Shown here: piece by piece, positions 38,103-47,224 of the stretch
How the letters are laid out: the number at the start of each line of letters is the position of its first letter
Numbering within the stretch: the first letter of the stretch is position 1
Assembly (NCBI GenBank): GCA_050695815.1
Contig: JBOGSW010000136.1
Span: 1-48,680, forward strand
Length of the DNA: 48,680 nt
Direction: 5' to 3'
DNA from: Candidatus Limnocylindria bacterium
GTDB lineage: Bacteria; Chloroflexota; Limnocylindria; QHBO01
Position numbers and translations under genes: made by a program
The notes under the pieces: generated by a model
What the model was told of the DNA's origin: nothing
The model's input: the letters and a program-made list of their open reading frames with translations, nothing else
Database searches by the model: none

Positions 38103-40505
38103 ATGCCGATGTCACGTCCCGTTCGCCGACGGCTGCGCGCGATCGCCGCGCTCGTCGCTGCCATGGTCCTCGTCCTTGGCAGCCTGCCGGTCGGTGGCAA
38201 TTCCGGCCTCGAGTTCGACCCTGCCGAACAGCAGGTGATCCAGGTCATCGCCGGCGATGAAGCCGGCCTGGACCGGCTGATCGCCATGGGCATTGACCTC
38301 ACCGAGCACGTCGAAGCGACCGAGGACGGCCTCGTCGTGCACGCGGTGCTCACCGGCGATGAGATCTCGCGGGTACGGGCACAGGGCTTCGCGACCGGCG
38401 AGGTTATCTCGAGCGAGTCGGACTCCGAGCGAATCCTCGCCGAGCGCGATGCGGAGCTCGCGGCCGAGCGCGCGGCCGCCGACCGCGACATGGCCGAGCT
38501 GCAGCAGCAGGCCGCCGCCCTCACGACCGACGTCGTGAAGATCCTGCGCGCCGACTTCTACACATCCTTCGACGAGCTGGTGATCTCGGTCGAGGCACGA
38601 ACGAGTGCCGGCGACGATCCATCGGTCGACCTCGAGATGTGCTGGGACAGCGGTCCGGGGACCGACTTCACGCCCGCAAACTGCGAGGACATGAGCCGGT
38701 TCTCCGACGTCGGGCACTATCTGTATCACCGCGACACGAACGACAGCCCGGACGTGCGGCCGTCTCGCGTCCGAGTGACCAGCTCGGAGGGCGGCAGCGC
38801 CATCGCCGACGTCACCGACTGGCTGCCGACCGAGCCGGGCTCGCCGCGGCAGGACCCCTACCTGACCGACTTCATCACCGATTACATGAGCCCGACCGAG
38901 CTGTACGCCGCTTACGACGAGCTGGCGGCCCAGTTCCCGGACCTGGTCGAGGTGATCGAGCTTCCGTACCTGACCAACGGCTACCGGCGCCATGCCCAGG
39001 CACTGATGGGATCAACCCAGTCCAACGCGGTCGTGGTCACGTCGACGGCCTGGGGCCACGAGGGTGGTAACGACCTGACCATCGCGTTCGTGGATCCGGG
39101 GGCGGCTGACTCACCGCTGAGCGTGAGCGTGACCGGCAACGACATCGTCGTCAGCCTCGGAACCGATGCCGGCGGCGCGCTCGTCAGCACCGCGGCCGAG
39201 GTCGTGGCGGCGCTGGACGCGCATCCGTCCGGCGTGGTGGACGCGTTCACCTACCGTGGAAATGCGGGGGCCGGGATCGCCCAGCCACAGGCAGCCGAGC
39301 AGCTGAGCGACTTCCTCGACGCGCCCGCCGAGATCAGCCGCGATCCATTCCAGGTGAAGGCCTACCGCATCGGCAAGCACCGTGACGGCTCGAAGGTCGG
39401 CGTGCTCGCCTATGCCCAGGAGCATGCGCGCGAATGGGTGCCGCCGCTGGTTGCGCTCGAGACGGCGAACCGGCTGCTCCACAACTACGGACAGGACGGG
39501 GAGACGAAGCAGCTGCTCAACAACCTCGACATCTTCTTCCTGCCATCGGTCAATCCGGACGGCGGACACTTCTCGTTCTTCGACGAAAACTTCCAGCGCC
39601 GGAACCTGACCAACCATTGCGACGACGCCAACTCCGATCCCGCCCGGCGTGACGATTGGGGCGTCGACGTGAACCGCAACTACAACGTCGGATCGCTGTT
39701 CGACGGCTATTTCGGCGCGTCGGACTTCTGCCGGAGCGACGTCTTCGCCGGGCCGGCAGAGCTATCGGAGCCGGAGAGCTCGAACGTGGCCTGGCTGGCT
39801 GACACGTTCCCGAACATCAGGTTCAGCATGAACCTGCACAGCTCGGGCAACTACTTCATGTGGTCGCCGGGGTCCTACATCCTCGACGGTCGCGTCACGC
39901 TGCCGCGGCCGACGGTGGGGGAGGAGGCCTTCTTCTGGGCCTCGTCGAACCGGATCCTGACCGAGATCAAGAAGTACCGTGGGCTGTCGGTGACGCCGGC
40001 GCGCACCGGACCCATCGCGGACGTCCTGTACTCGGCGGCGGGGAACTCCGGAGACCGGCTGTGGTACGAGAACGGCATCTATGCCTGGAACTTCGAGGTG
40101 GGCTTCAGCTTCCAGCCCAGCTGGGACGAGGCGCATGCCGAGACCATGGAGTTCGCCAACGGGCTCATGGAGCTGATGCGCGTCGCGTACGACTTCGGCA
40201 AGGACACGAAGCGGCCTGACACCACCGCGGTGTTCACCCCCGGAGACGAGTCCGGGACGGTCGACGTCGACTTCGATCGCACCGAGCCGGTGACGATCTT
40301 CTATGAGCTCGACGGCAGCCGGCCCACGTTCGACTCTGATCAGCTCGTCTCCGCCGGCATCCGCGAGCTGGATGAGACGCTCACCGTCGCGGAAGGGTCG
40401 ATGGTGCACTGGTTCTCGATCGATGCCGCCGGCAACATCGAGAACAACTACAACCCCGACGGAAGCGGGAACAACTACAACAAGGCGGTCGCCTCAGCCG
40501 GCTGA
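38103..40505 (+). CDS. Secreted multidomain M14 zinc carboxypeptidase
   Basis: Signal peptide RRRLRAIAALVAAMVLVLGSLPVGG. Zinc ligands are HAREW (H 39423-25, E 39432-34) and NLHSSGNY (H 39837-39), with substrate motif VDVNRNY. There is a long N-terminal pre-domain and a C-terminal beta-rich module (IFYELDGSRPT...IDAAGN). Confidence 0.8.
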   Translation: MPMSRPVRRRLRAIAALVAAMVLVLGSLPVGGNSGLEFDPAEQQVIQVIAGDEAGLDRLIAMGIDLTEHVEATEDGLVVHAVLTGDEISRVRAQGFATGEVISSESDSERILAERDAELAAERAAADRDMAELQQQAAALTTDVVKILRADFYTSFDELVISVEARTSAGDDPSVDLEMCWDSGPGTDFTPANCEDMSRFSDVGHYLYHRDTNDSPDVRPSRVRVTSSEGGSAIADVTDWLPTEPGSPRQDPYLTDFITDYMSPTELYAAYDELAAQFPDLVEVIELPYLTNGYRRHAQALMGSTQSNAVVVTSTAWGHEGGNDLTIAFVDPGAADSPLSVSVTGNDIVVSLGTDAGGALVSTAAEVVAALDAHPSGVVDAFTYRGNAGAGIAQPQAAEQLSDFLDAPAEISRDPFQVKAYRIGKHRDGSKVGVLAYAQEHAREWVPPLVALETANRLLHNYGQDGETKQLLNNLDIFFLPSVNPDGGHFSFFDENFQRRNLTNHCDDANSDPARRDDWGVDVNRNYNVGSLFDGYFGASDFCRSDVFAGPAELSEPESSNVAWLADTFPNIRFSMNLHSSGNYFMWSPGSYILDGRVTLPRPTVGEEAFFWASSNRILTEIKKYRGLSVTPARTGPIADVLYSAAGNSGDRLWYENGIYAWNFEVGFSFQPSWDEAHAETMEFANGLMELMRVAYDFGKDTKRPDTTAVFTPGDESGTVDVDFDRTEPVTIFYELDGSRPTFDSDQLVSAGIRELDETLTVAEGSMVHWFSIDAAGNIENNYNPDGSGNNYNKAVASAG

Positions 40506-40527
40506 GGCGCCCCGGCTCATTCTCAGC

Positions 40528-40557
40528 GCCGCCCGTCGGGTCCGCCCGGCGGGCGGC
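40528..40557 (+). terminator. GC-rich hairpin after the carboxypeptidase gene (weak terminator candidate)
   Basis: GCCGCCCG (40528-40535) pairs with CGGGCGGC (40550-40557). The downstream tract GTATTGT is only weakly U-rich. Confidence 0.3.
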
Positions 40558-40572
40558 GTATTGTCCTCGGTT

Positions 40573-40776
40573 GGAGCGCATCGGCTCCCGCCGGGCGTGA
40601 TCCGTCTGGATGTCTGGCGCGGACATATGCTCCGGTGGCAGGCCCTTATGCCGGCGAATGCCCTTCCGCCGATGACATATGGGCGGGTGACTGTGCGGAT
40701 GTCACGGTAGGGGGGCGCATCGGTCCCTCCGGGAGGAGTTCGGGAACGTAAGGTCCCGCCCCAGGCCCATATGTCA
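40573..40776. repeat. Intergenic cluster of direct and inverted repeats (candidate structured RNA or relic element)
   Basis: A 12-bp perfect inverted repeat TGACATATGGGC (40673-40684) / GCCCATATGTCA (40765-40776). A direct repeat GCGCATCGG.TCCC.CCGGG at 40576 and 40715. A third GACATATG at 40622. Internal hairpins GTGAC-N9-GTCAC and CTCC-GGGA-GGAG. Confidence 0.55.
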
Positions 40777-40834
40777 CGCGTACGGACCGGCCAGTCGCGT
40801 GTCGCGCGCGGGGACGCTCCAGCCGGAACGGTAG

Positions 40835-40862
40835 TTGCAGACGCAACCATCGGTGCTATCAT
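40835..40862 (+). promoter_or_regulatory. Putative promoter directing a leaderless pirin mRNA (TTGCAG - 16 nt - TGcTATCAT)
   Basis: TTGCAG at 40835-40840 and an extended -10 TGCTATCAT at 40854-40862. The pirin ATG at 40869 lies 7 nt after the -10, and no SD is present. Confidence 0.45.
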
Positions 40863-40868
40863 GGCTCC

Positions 40869-41873
40869 ATGCCAGCCATCACCGTCGACGACATCAGCGT
40901 CCTGCCCCGCATCGGCGCTCCCGACCCGGCCGTCGCTCGGGAACGTCCCGTCCTGAGCGTGACGAGCGCGCCGCGCGGCTTCGAGGGCGAAGGATTCCCG
41001 GTGCGTCGCGCGTTCCACGGCGTCGACCTCGGCGCGCTCGACCCCTTCATCCACCTCGACCAGATGGGGGAGGTGGAGTACGCGCCGGGGGAGCCGAAGG
41101 GCACCCCGTGGCACCCGCACCGCGGCTTCGAGACGGTCACCTACATGATGGACGGCACCTTCGAGCACAGCGACTCGAACGGCGGCGGGGGAGTGATCAC
41201 CAACGGCGACACCCAGTGGATGACTGCCGGTGCCGGCATCCTGCACATCGAGAAACCGCCGGAGTCCCTCGTCGTGAGCGGTGGGCTGTTCCACGGAATC
41301 CAGCTGTGGGTGAACCTGCCGAAGGCGCAGAAATGGTCGCCGCCGCGCTACCAGGACATCCGCGCGGGCGAGGTTGGCCTGCTCTCATCGGCCGATGGAG
41401 GTGCGCTGGTGCGCGTCATCGCCGGGGAGCTGAGCGGGAATACGGGGCCGGGATCGACCTCTACGCCCATGACCCTCGTGCACGCGACCCTCAGCCCCGA
41501 GGGTGAGCTGGTGATGCCGTGGCGTCCCGAGTACAACGCGCTCGTCTACGTCCTGGCCGGCCACGGCTCGGTCGGTGCCGAGCGGACTCCGATCCAGTCG
41601 GGCCAGCTCGCCGTGCTCGGGCCGGGCAACACGTTTCGCATGGCCGCCGCGCCACGACAGGAGAGCCGCAGTCCGAATCTCGACCTGCTCATCCTTGGCG
41701 GACAGCCGATTCGCGAGCCGATCGCCTGGGCCGGCCCGTTCGTCATGAACACCCGAGACGAGGTGATGCAGGCGTTCACCGACTACCAGGCCGGACGACT
41801 CGGCACGATCCCCGCGGTCCACGGGGCACCGACCACCCTGACCGAGTCCGCGGCCGACACGCCGGACGCGTGA
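40869..41873 (+). CDS. Pirin-family bicupin protein
   Basis: GFPVRRAF, HPHRGFETVTYMMDGTFEHSDS, QWMTAGAGILHIE and GIQLWVNLP are present, and a second cupin half follows. Confidence 0.9.
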   Translation: MPAITVDDISVLPRIGAPDPAVARERPVLSVTSAPRGFEGEGFPVRRAFHGVDLGALDPFIHLDQMGEVEYAPGEPKGTPWHPHRGFETVTYMMDGTFEHSDSNGGGGVITNGDTQWMTAGAGILHIEKPPESLVVSGGLFHGIQLWVNLPKAQKWSPPRYQDIRAGEVGLLSSADGGALVRVIAGELSGNTGPGSTSTPMTLVHATLSPEGELVMPWRPEYNALVYVLAGHGSVGAERTPIQSGQLAVLGPGNTFRMAAAPRQESRSPNLDLLILGGQPIREPIAWAGPFVMNTRDEVMQAFTDYQAGRLGTIPAVHGAPTTLTESAADTPDA

Positions 41874-41880
41874 TCGTGCC

Positions 41881-42057
41881 GTGGTGCCGGACACGCCGAT
41901 CGACTTCGAGGGCAGCGAGCTCGACTACCTCGCTCAGATCAACGGCATCAGCACCGAGCGCGCGCAGCAGATGCTCGACCGCGTCACCGGCTCGACGCCG
42001 GCGCGCCCGGGCGTCACAATGCGGGACGCGGCGCAGCATCGACACCCGAGACGGTGA
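41881..42057 (+). CDS. Coding-like 58-codon ORF in the same frame as the GAF kinase, ended by TGA 42055-57
   Basis: GTG-GTG start. The product is VVPDTPIDFEGSELDYLAQINGISTERAQQMLDRVTGS.... G/C is nearly uniform at third positions for the first ~45 codons. It falls below the 60-aa cutoff of the ORF track, and I do not recognise a family. Confidence 0.35.
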   Translation: MVPDTPIDFEGSELDYLAQINGISTERAQQMLDRVTGSTPARPGVTMRDAAQHRHPRR

Positions 42058-42219
42058 GCGCCGAGGCCCGAGGAGAGACCCATCGACCGCGAGCGCGATG
42101 CGCCCAATGCGATACGAGCGACTGCCGGGCTGAAGCCGTCCGAGGGCGGGCTCGATCGAGCCACCGGCGTCCAGGCCGCCCTGTATCGCATCGCCGAGAC
42201 GGCGAGCGCGACGGAGGAC

Positions 42220-45200
42220 ATGCCATCCTTCTACGCCGCGATCCACGAGATCGTCGGCGAGCTCATGTACGCCGAGAACTTCTACATCGCGCTCTACGAC
42301 CCCGAGCGCGAGCGGATCGGCTACCCCTTCTACCGCGACCTCGTCGACCCTGACATCCCGGACCCGAAGGTGTGGGAACCGTTCGGGATCGGCAATGCGC
42401 GTGGGTCGACCGCGTACGTGCTGCGCCATGGCAAGCCGGAGCTCTTCACCTTCAGCCGGATGGAGGAGCTGGCGCGGAAGGGCGAGCTCGAGATCGTCGG
42501 CGCGAAAGCGGCTGAGTGGATGGGTGCGCCACTGGTCTCGGACGGGCAGATCATCGGCGTCGTCGCGGTGCAGAGCTATCGCGACGACCGGCTCTACTCT
42601 CCGAGCGACCTCGACCTCCTCACCTTCGTGGCCCAGCACATCGGGACGGCGCTGGCCCGCGCCCGGGCCATCGAGGAGACGCGCCAGCGCAACGCGGAGC
42701 TCGCGCTGGTCAACGAGGTCGCATCGGCGCTCTCGATGCAGCTCGACTTCGCCGCCATCATCGAGCTCGTCGGCGCGCGAATCAGCGCGATCTTCGAGTC
42801 GGACTCGGTCGGCATCACCCTCCATGACCCGGGCACGAACCTGCTGACCTCCCCGTACATGTTCGATCGTGGCGTCCGTCTCTCGATGGACCCGTACGAG
42901 CTCGGCCCCGGCCTCAACTCGGAGGTCATGCAGACCCGGCGGCCGCTGCGCCTCGCCTCCTCGTCGGAGATGGAGCAGCACAGCGTGATGCATGTCCCGC
43001 GGTTCGAGGGCGACGAGGATGCGTCCGAGTCATGGCTGGGGGTGCCGATCCTGGTCGGCGAGCGCGTCCTCGGCGTGATCAGCATCGAGCGGGAGGAGGC
43101 GCATGCGTTCGACGACGCCGACGAGCGCCTGCTCAGCACGCTCGCGTCGAGCCTCGGCGTGGCGCTCGAGAACGCCCGGCTCTTCGACGAGACGAAGCGG
43201 CTCCTCGTCGAGACCGAGCAGCGCAACGCGGAGTTGGCGGTCGTCAACGAGATCGGAGCCGCGCTGGCCAAGCAGCTCGAGTTCGACGCCATCATCGAGC
43301 TGGTCGGGGAGAGGATCCGAGGCATCTTCCAGACGGACTCGATCTTCATCGGCATCTACGACGCGGCGAGCCAGACCGTTACCTTCCCGTACTCGATCGA
43401 GGAGGACGAGCGGGACGAGATGCCGCCGCTGAAGATCGGCGAGGGGCTCACCTCGCAGATCCTGCTCTCGAAGCAGCCGATCCGCATGGGTACGTTCGAG
43501 GAGTCAATCGGGATGGGCGCCATCACGTCCGGTCTTGACACCCAGGCCTGGCTCGGCGTCCCGATCCTTGCCGGCGACCGGGCCATCGGCGTCATCGCGC
43601 TCGAGAGCCTCGAGGTGAACCGCTTCAGCGAGGCCGACGAGCGCCTGCTCAGCACGCTCGCATCGACCATGGGCGTGGCGCTCGAGAACGCGCGGCTGTT
43701 CGACGAGACGAAGCGGCTGCTGGCCGAGACCGATCGGCGCGCCGCCGAGCTCGCCATCGTCAACAGCGTGCAGCGCGGGCTGTCTGCCGAGCTGGAAATC
43801 CGGGCCATGTACGAGCTGGTGGGGGAGCGCGCCAGCGACGTCTTCGACGCCAACGTCGTCGACATCGCCATCTTCGATCACGCCGAGAACCTCATGAGCT
43901 TTCCGTTCATCCTCGAGCGCGGCGAGCGCCTGCCGAACCAGCCGCGGGAGATCATCGGCTTCCGGCGCCGCGTGATCGAGACCGGCGCCCCGGTGATCGT
44001 GACGCACGACCTGGCGCGGCAGGCGGCCGAGGCCGGGCAGCCGGCACAGCTCGTCGGCGAACCCGCGCGGTCCGCGATCTACGCCCCCCTGGCGCTGGGA
44101 GACGAGATCCTCGGCGTGATCAGCCTCCAGAACCTCGATCGAGAGTACGCCTTCACCGATGCCGACGTCTCCCTGCTGACCACGATCGCCGCGAGCCTCA
44201 GCGTCGCGCTCCATACCGGCCGGCTCATCGACGAGACACGGCAACGCGTGGCGGAGCTCGGCACGATCAACGAGGTCGGCGAGGCGATCACCGCGCAGCT
44301 CGAGGTGAACCCGTTGCTCGCGCTCGTTGGAGACAAGACCCGCGAGGCATTCGACGCGGACATCGCCTACGTCGCACTGCTCGACGAGGAGACCAGGATG
44401 ATCGAGTTCCCGTACTACGTCGAGAGGGGCTCGGACACGATCCAGGCTCCGCTGCCGCTCGGCGAGGGCCTCACCTCCCGCGTCATCCAGCGTCGCGAGG
44501 GCCTGCTGCTCAACCGCGAGGCCGACTGGGTCGCTCTCGGCGTGCGCGGGATCGGGACGAGGGCGAAGTCGTGGCTGGGCGTGCCGATCGTGGCCGGGGA
44601 GCGGGTCATCGGCGCCATGAGCGTCCAGAGCCTCTCCCACGAAGGACGCTTCGACGCCGCCGACGCAAGCCTGCTGAGCACCATCGCCGCCAACGTCGGG
44701 GTCGCGGTGCAGAACGCCCGGCTCTACACGGAGACGCGCCGTCGCGCCGAGGAGATGGCCGCCCTGGCCGAGGTGGGGCGCGAGATGTCCGCCACGCTCG
44801 AACTGTCGGTCGTGCTGGAGATGATTGCCGGCCGCGCGAAGACGCTCCTCGGAGGTGACACGAGCGCGGTCTACCTTCCAGAGCCCGATACCGACGAGCT
44901 GCACGCGATCGTCGCGCTCGGGACGATGGCCGACGCGATCCTCGCCGATGCCATCACCCGCGGCGAGGGGATCATCGGAAGCATCGCCGCCAGCGGCACG
45001 GCGGAGCTCGTCAACAGCACGAACGCCGACGGGCGATCGCTGACGATCCCGGGGACCGAGGAGGACGAGGACGATCGGCTCATGGCCGCGCCGCTGACGA
45101 TTCGCGGCGAGGTCGCCGGCGTCCTCGCCGTCTGGCGCTTCCCAGGCTCCGCGCCGTTCACCGGCGCGGACCTCAGCTTCCTCTCCGGCCTCTCGCAACA

Positions 45201-46875
45201 GGCGGCGATCGCCCTCCAGAATGCCCGGCTCTTCGCCGATGCCGAGGAGTCGCGTATGGCCGCCGAGGAGGCGAACGAGGCGAAGAGCAGCTTCCTGGCC
45301 TCGATGAGCCACGAGATCCGTACCCCGCTCAACGCCATCATCGGCATGGGCGGGCTGCTGCTGGACACGAAGCTTGACGACGAGCAGCACGAGTTCGCCG
45401 CCACCATCCGCACCTCCGGCGATGCGCTGCTCATGATCATCAACGACGTCCTCGACTTCTCGAAGATCGAGGCGGGTCGCGTCGAGCTCGAATCGGTGCC
45501 GTTCGTCCTGCGCGACGCGGTGGAGGCGTCGCTCGACATCCTGGCGCCGGCGGCTGCTGAGAAGGGCCTGGAGCTGGTCTACGCCATGGACGACGACCTG
45601 CCCGTGGCGCTGACCGGCGACACGAGCCGTCTCCGCCAGATGTTGCTCAACCTGCTGTCGAATGCCGTGAAGTTCACCGATCGCGGCGAGGTCGTCGTCA
45701 CCGTCGCGGGCGAGCGGGTGGAAAGGGCACGACCCAACGTTCCGGACGAGTGGCAGCTCAGGATCGACGTGCGCGACACCGGCATCGGCATCCCCGCAGA
45801 GGCCATGGACAAGCTGTTCCAGTCGTTCAGCCAGGTGGACGCGTCGATCGCCCGACGCTACGGCGGCACGGGCCTGGGCCTGGCCATCAGCCGCAGGCTT
45901 GCCGAGCTCATGGGCGGCACGCTCGATGCCGAGAGCAGCGGCGTTGCGGGGGAGGGAAGTGTTTTCCGCCTGGCCGTGCGGCTGCCGGAGGCACCGACCG
46001 ACGCGGTGACCTCCGCGCGGCCGATGCGGATCGACGCGGACCTGACCGGTCGGACCGTCCTCATCGTCGACGACAACGCCACGAACCGGCGCATCCTCGT
46101 CGCGCAGACCGCGAGGTGGGGGATGGTTCCGCGCGAGACCGGGTCGCCGGCCGAGGCGCTCGCCTGGCTGACCGGAGGCGCCCGATTCGACCTCGCGCTC
46201 TTCGACCTCCTGATGCCCGGGCTCGACGGCCTGGAGCTCGCCGACAGCGTGGCCCAGCTGACGGGCAACGGGTCCGGCCCGGCGCTGCCGGTCGTCATCC
46301 TCTCCTCGATCGGCCTTCGCGAGCGTGTTGCGGCGCCGATCGCGGCCTGGCTGGCCAAGCCGGTCAAGCCGTCGGCGCTGCACGACGCGATCGCGACCAT
46401 CCTGCTCGGCACCGACGCGCCAGCGGCAGGTGATGTCGAGCCTGCGCCCGGTGCCGCACCCGGCGAGCGTCATCCTCTCCGCATCCTGCTGGCGGAGGAC
46501 AATCCGGTGAACCGCAAGCTCGCCCTTCGCCTGCTCTCCCAGCTGGCCTACGACGCCGCCGTTGCGGTCGACGGGAAGCAGGCGATCGAGGCGCTGGAGC
46601 GCGCGGAATTCGATCTGGTGTTCATGGATGTTCAGATGCCGGAGCTTGACGGGCTGGAGGCGACCCGACGCATCCGCGCCCGGTGGCCCGACCGCCAGCT
46701 GCGGATCGTGGCCATGACCGCCAACGCCATGACCGGTGACCGCGAGGCGTGCCTGGCTGCCGGGATGGACGACTACATCGCCAAGCCGATCCGCCCCGCG
46801 GAGCTCGCTGCGGCACTCGAGCGAACTCCGGCCCTGACCCACGCGGATGCCCAAGGAGACGCACATGGTGGATGA
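42220..46875 (+). CDS. Soluble hybrid sensor histidine kinase: 6 tandem GAF domains - HisKA - HATPase_c - REC - REC (true start probably upstream of 42220)
   Basis: Six modules of about 172 aa each end in a [L/V][15 protein letters not shown]-type linker. H-box [13 protein letters not shown] (His 45310-12), N box [13 protein letters not shown] boxes DTGIGI and [12 protein letters not shown]1 [10 protein letters not shown] (Asp 46204-06) and REC2 [11 protein letters not shown] (Asp 46627-29). No TM segment is present. Confidence 0.9.
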   Translation: MPSFYAAIHEIVGELMYAENFYIALYDPERERIGYPFYRDLVDPDIPDPKVWEPFGIGNARGSTAYVLRHGKPELFTFSRMEELARKGELEIVGAKAAEWMGAPLVSDGQIIGVVAVQSYRDDRLYSPSDLDLLTFVAQHIGTALARARAIEETRQRNAELALVNEVASALSMQLDFAAIIELVGARISAIFESDSVGITLHDPGTNLLTSPYMFDRGVRLSMDPYELGPGLNSEVMQTRRPLRLASSSEMEQHSVMHVPRFEGDEDASESWLGVPILVGERVLGVISIEREEAHAFDDADERLLSTLASSLGVALENARLFDETKRLLVETEQRNAELAVVNEIGAALAKQLEFDAIIELVGERIRGIFQTDSIFIGIYDAASQTVTFPYSIEEDERDEMPPLKIGEGLTSQILLSKQPIRMGTFEESIGMGAITSGLDTQAWLGVPILAGDRAIGVIALESLEVNRFSEADERLLSTLASTMGVALENARLFDETKRLLAETDRRAAELAIVNSVQRGLSAELEIRAMYELVGERASDVFDANVVDIAIFDHAENLMSFPFILERGERLPNQPREIIGFRRRVIETGAPVIVTHDLARQAAEAGQPAQLVGEPARSAIYAPLALGDEILGVISLQNLDREYAFTDADVSLLTTIAASLSVALHTGRLIDETRQRVAELGTINEVGEAITAQLEVNPLLALVGDKTREAFDADIAYVALLDEETRMIEFPYYVERGSDTIQAPLPLGEGLTSRVIQRREGLLLNREADWVALGVRGIGTRAKSWLGVPIVAGERVIGAMSVQSLSHEGRFDAADASLLSTIAANVGVAVQNARLYTETRRRAEEMAALAEVGREMSATLELSVVLEMIAGRAKTLLGGDTSAVYLPEPDTDELHAIVALGTMADAILADAITRGEGIIGSIAASGTAELVNSTNADGRSLTIPGTEEDEDDRLMAAPLTIRGEVAGVLAVWRFPGSAPFTGADLSFLSGLSQQAAIALQNARLFADAEESRMAAEEANEAKSSFLASMSHEIRTPLNAIIGMGGLLLDTKLDDEQHEFAATIRTSGDALLMIINDVLDFSKIEAGRVELESVPFVLRDAVEASLDILAPAAAEKGLELVYAMDDDLPVALTGDTSRLRQMLLNLLSNAVKFTDRGEVVVTVAGERVERARPNVPDEWQLRIDVRDTGIGIPAEAMDKLFQSFSQVDASIARRYGGTGLGLAISRRLAELMGGTLDAESSGVAGEGSVFRLAVRLPEAPTDAVTSARPMRIDADLTGRTVLIVDDNATNRRILVAQTARWGMVPRETGSPAEALAWLTGGARFDLALFDLLMPGLDGLELADSVAQLTGNGSGPALPVVILSSIGLRERVAAPIAAWLAKPVKPSALHDAIATILLGTDAPAAGDVEPAPGAAPGERHPLRILLAEDNPVNRKLALRLLSQLAYDAAVAVDGKQAIEALERAEFDLVFMDVQMPELDGLEATRRIRARWPDRQLRIVAMTANAMTGDREACLAAGMDDYIAKPIRPAELAAALERTPALTHADAQGDAHGG
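43117..43217 (+). repeat. Intragenic direct repeat, copy A (GAF2/GAF3 linker)
   Basis: GCCGACGAGCGCCTGCTCAGCACGCTCGC...GGCGTGGCGCTCGAGAACGC.CGGCT.TTCGACGAGACGAAGCGGCT recurs 516 nt (172 codons) downstream with few mismatches. Confidence 0.85.
43633..43733 (+). repeat. Intragenic direct repeat, copy B (GAF3/GAF4 linker)
   Basis: Partner of 43117-43217, with the same reading frame and the same peptide [30 protein letters not shown]. Confidence 0.85.
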
Positions 46876-47224
46876 AGGGGTGCTCGCAGAGCTGCGGGCA
46901 TCGGTCCAGGGCGACACGGAGTTCGTCCGCGAACTCGTGGATGCCTACGTGGCCGATAGCGCAGGCTGCATCGATGCCATCGAGGCAGCGGCCGACGCCG
47001 GGGACGTTGACGCGATGGTTCGGCCGGCCCACACGCTGAAGTCGAGCAGCGCGACGCTCGGGGCGATGACGCTCTCGGCGACGGCCCGCACGCTGGAGGT
47101 GGCCGCCCGCTCCGGGACGCTCGACGATCCGGAGACCCGCGATGCCGCGTCCCGCGCGCGCGCCGAGTGGGAGGCGGCCACGGCGGCGCTGCGAACCTGG
47201 GTGGACGGAGCGGAGTCGCAATGA
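46865..47224 (+). CDS. Histidine phosphotransfer (Hpt) protein
   Basis: [10 protein letters not shown].......I and [13 protein letters not shown], with phospho-His at 47030-32. The start is ATG 46865 (or 46847), and both options overlap the kinase 3' end. The stop overlaps the next ATG (ATGA). Confidence 0.8.
   Translation: MVDEGVLAELRASVQGDTEFVRELVDAYVADSAGCIDAIEAAADAGDVDAMVRPAHTLKSSSATLGAMTLSATARTLEVAARSGTLDDPETRDAASRARAEWEAATAALRTWVDGAESQ

Noticed and set aside
40506-40868. Insertion sequence or prophage remnant between the peptidase and pirin genes
   Set aside because: There is no transposase, integrase or other ORF, and the inverted repeat is only 12 bp. I keep it as a structured or repeat region of unknown nature, not as a called mobile element.
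41980-42030. Possible promoter (TCGACG - 16 nt - CACAAT) inside the small upstream ORF that could define the kinase mRNA start
   Set aside because: The matches to consensus are weak, with no TG extension, and the sequence is indistinguishable from chance in this context.
42055-42057. TGA as a selenocysteine codon
   Set aside because: I see no convincing SECIS-like stem-loop immediately downstream, only a 4-bp CGCG-AG-CGCG about 30 nt away. The codon also lies in a Pro/Arg/Glu-rich linker where a redox-active Sec makes little sense.
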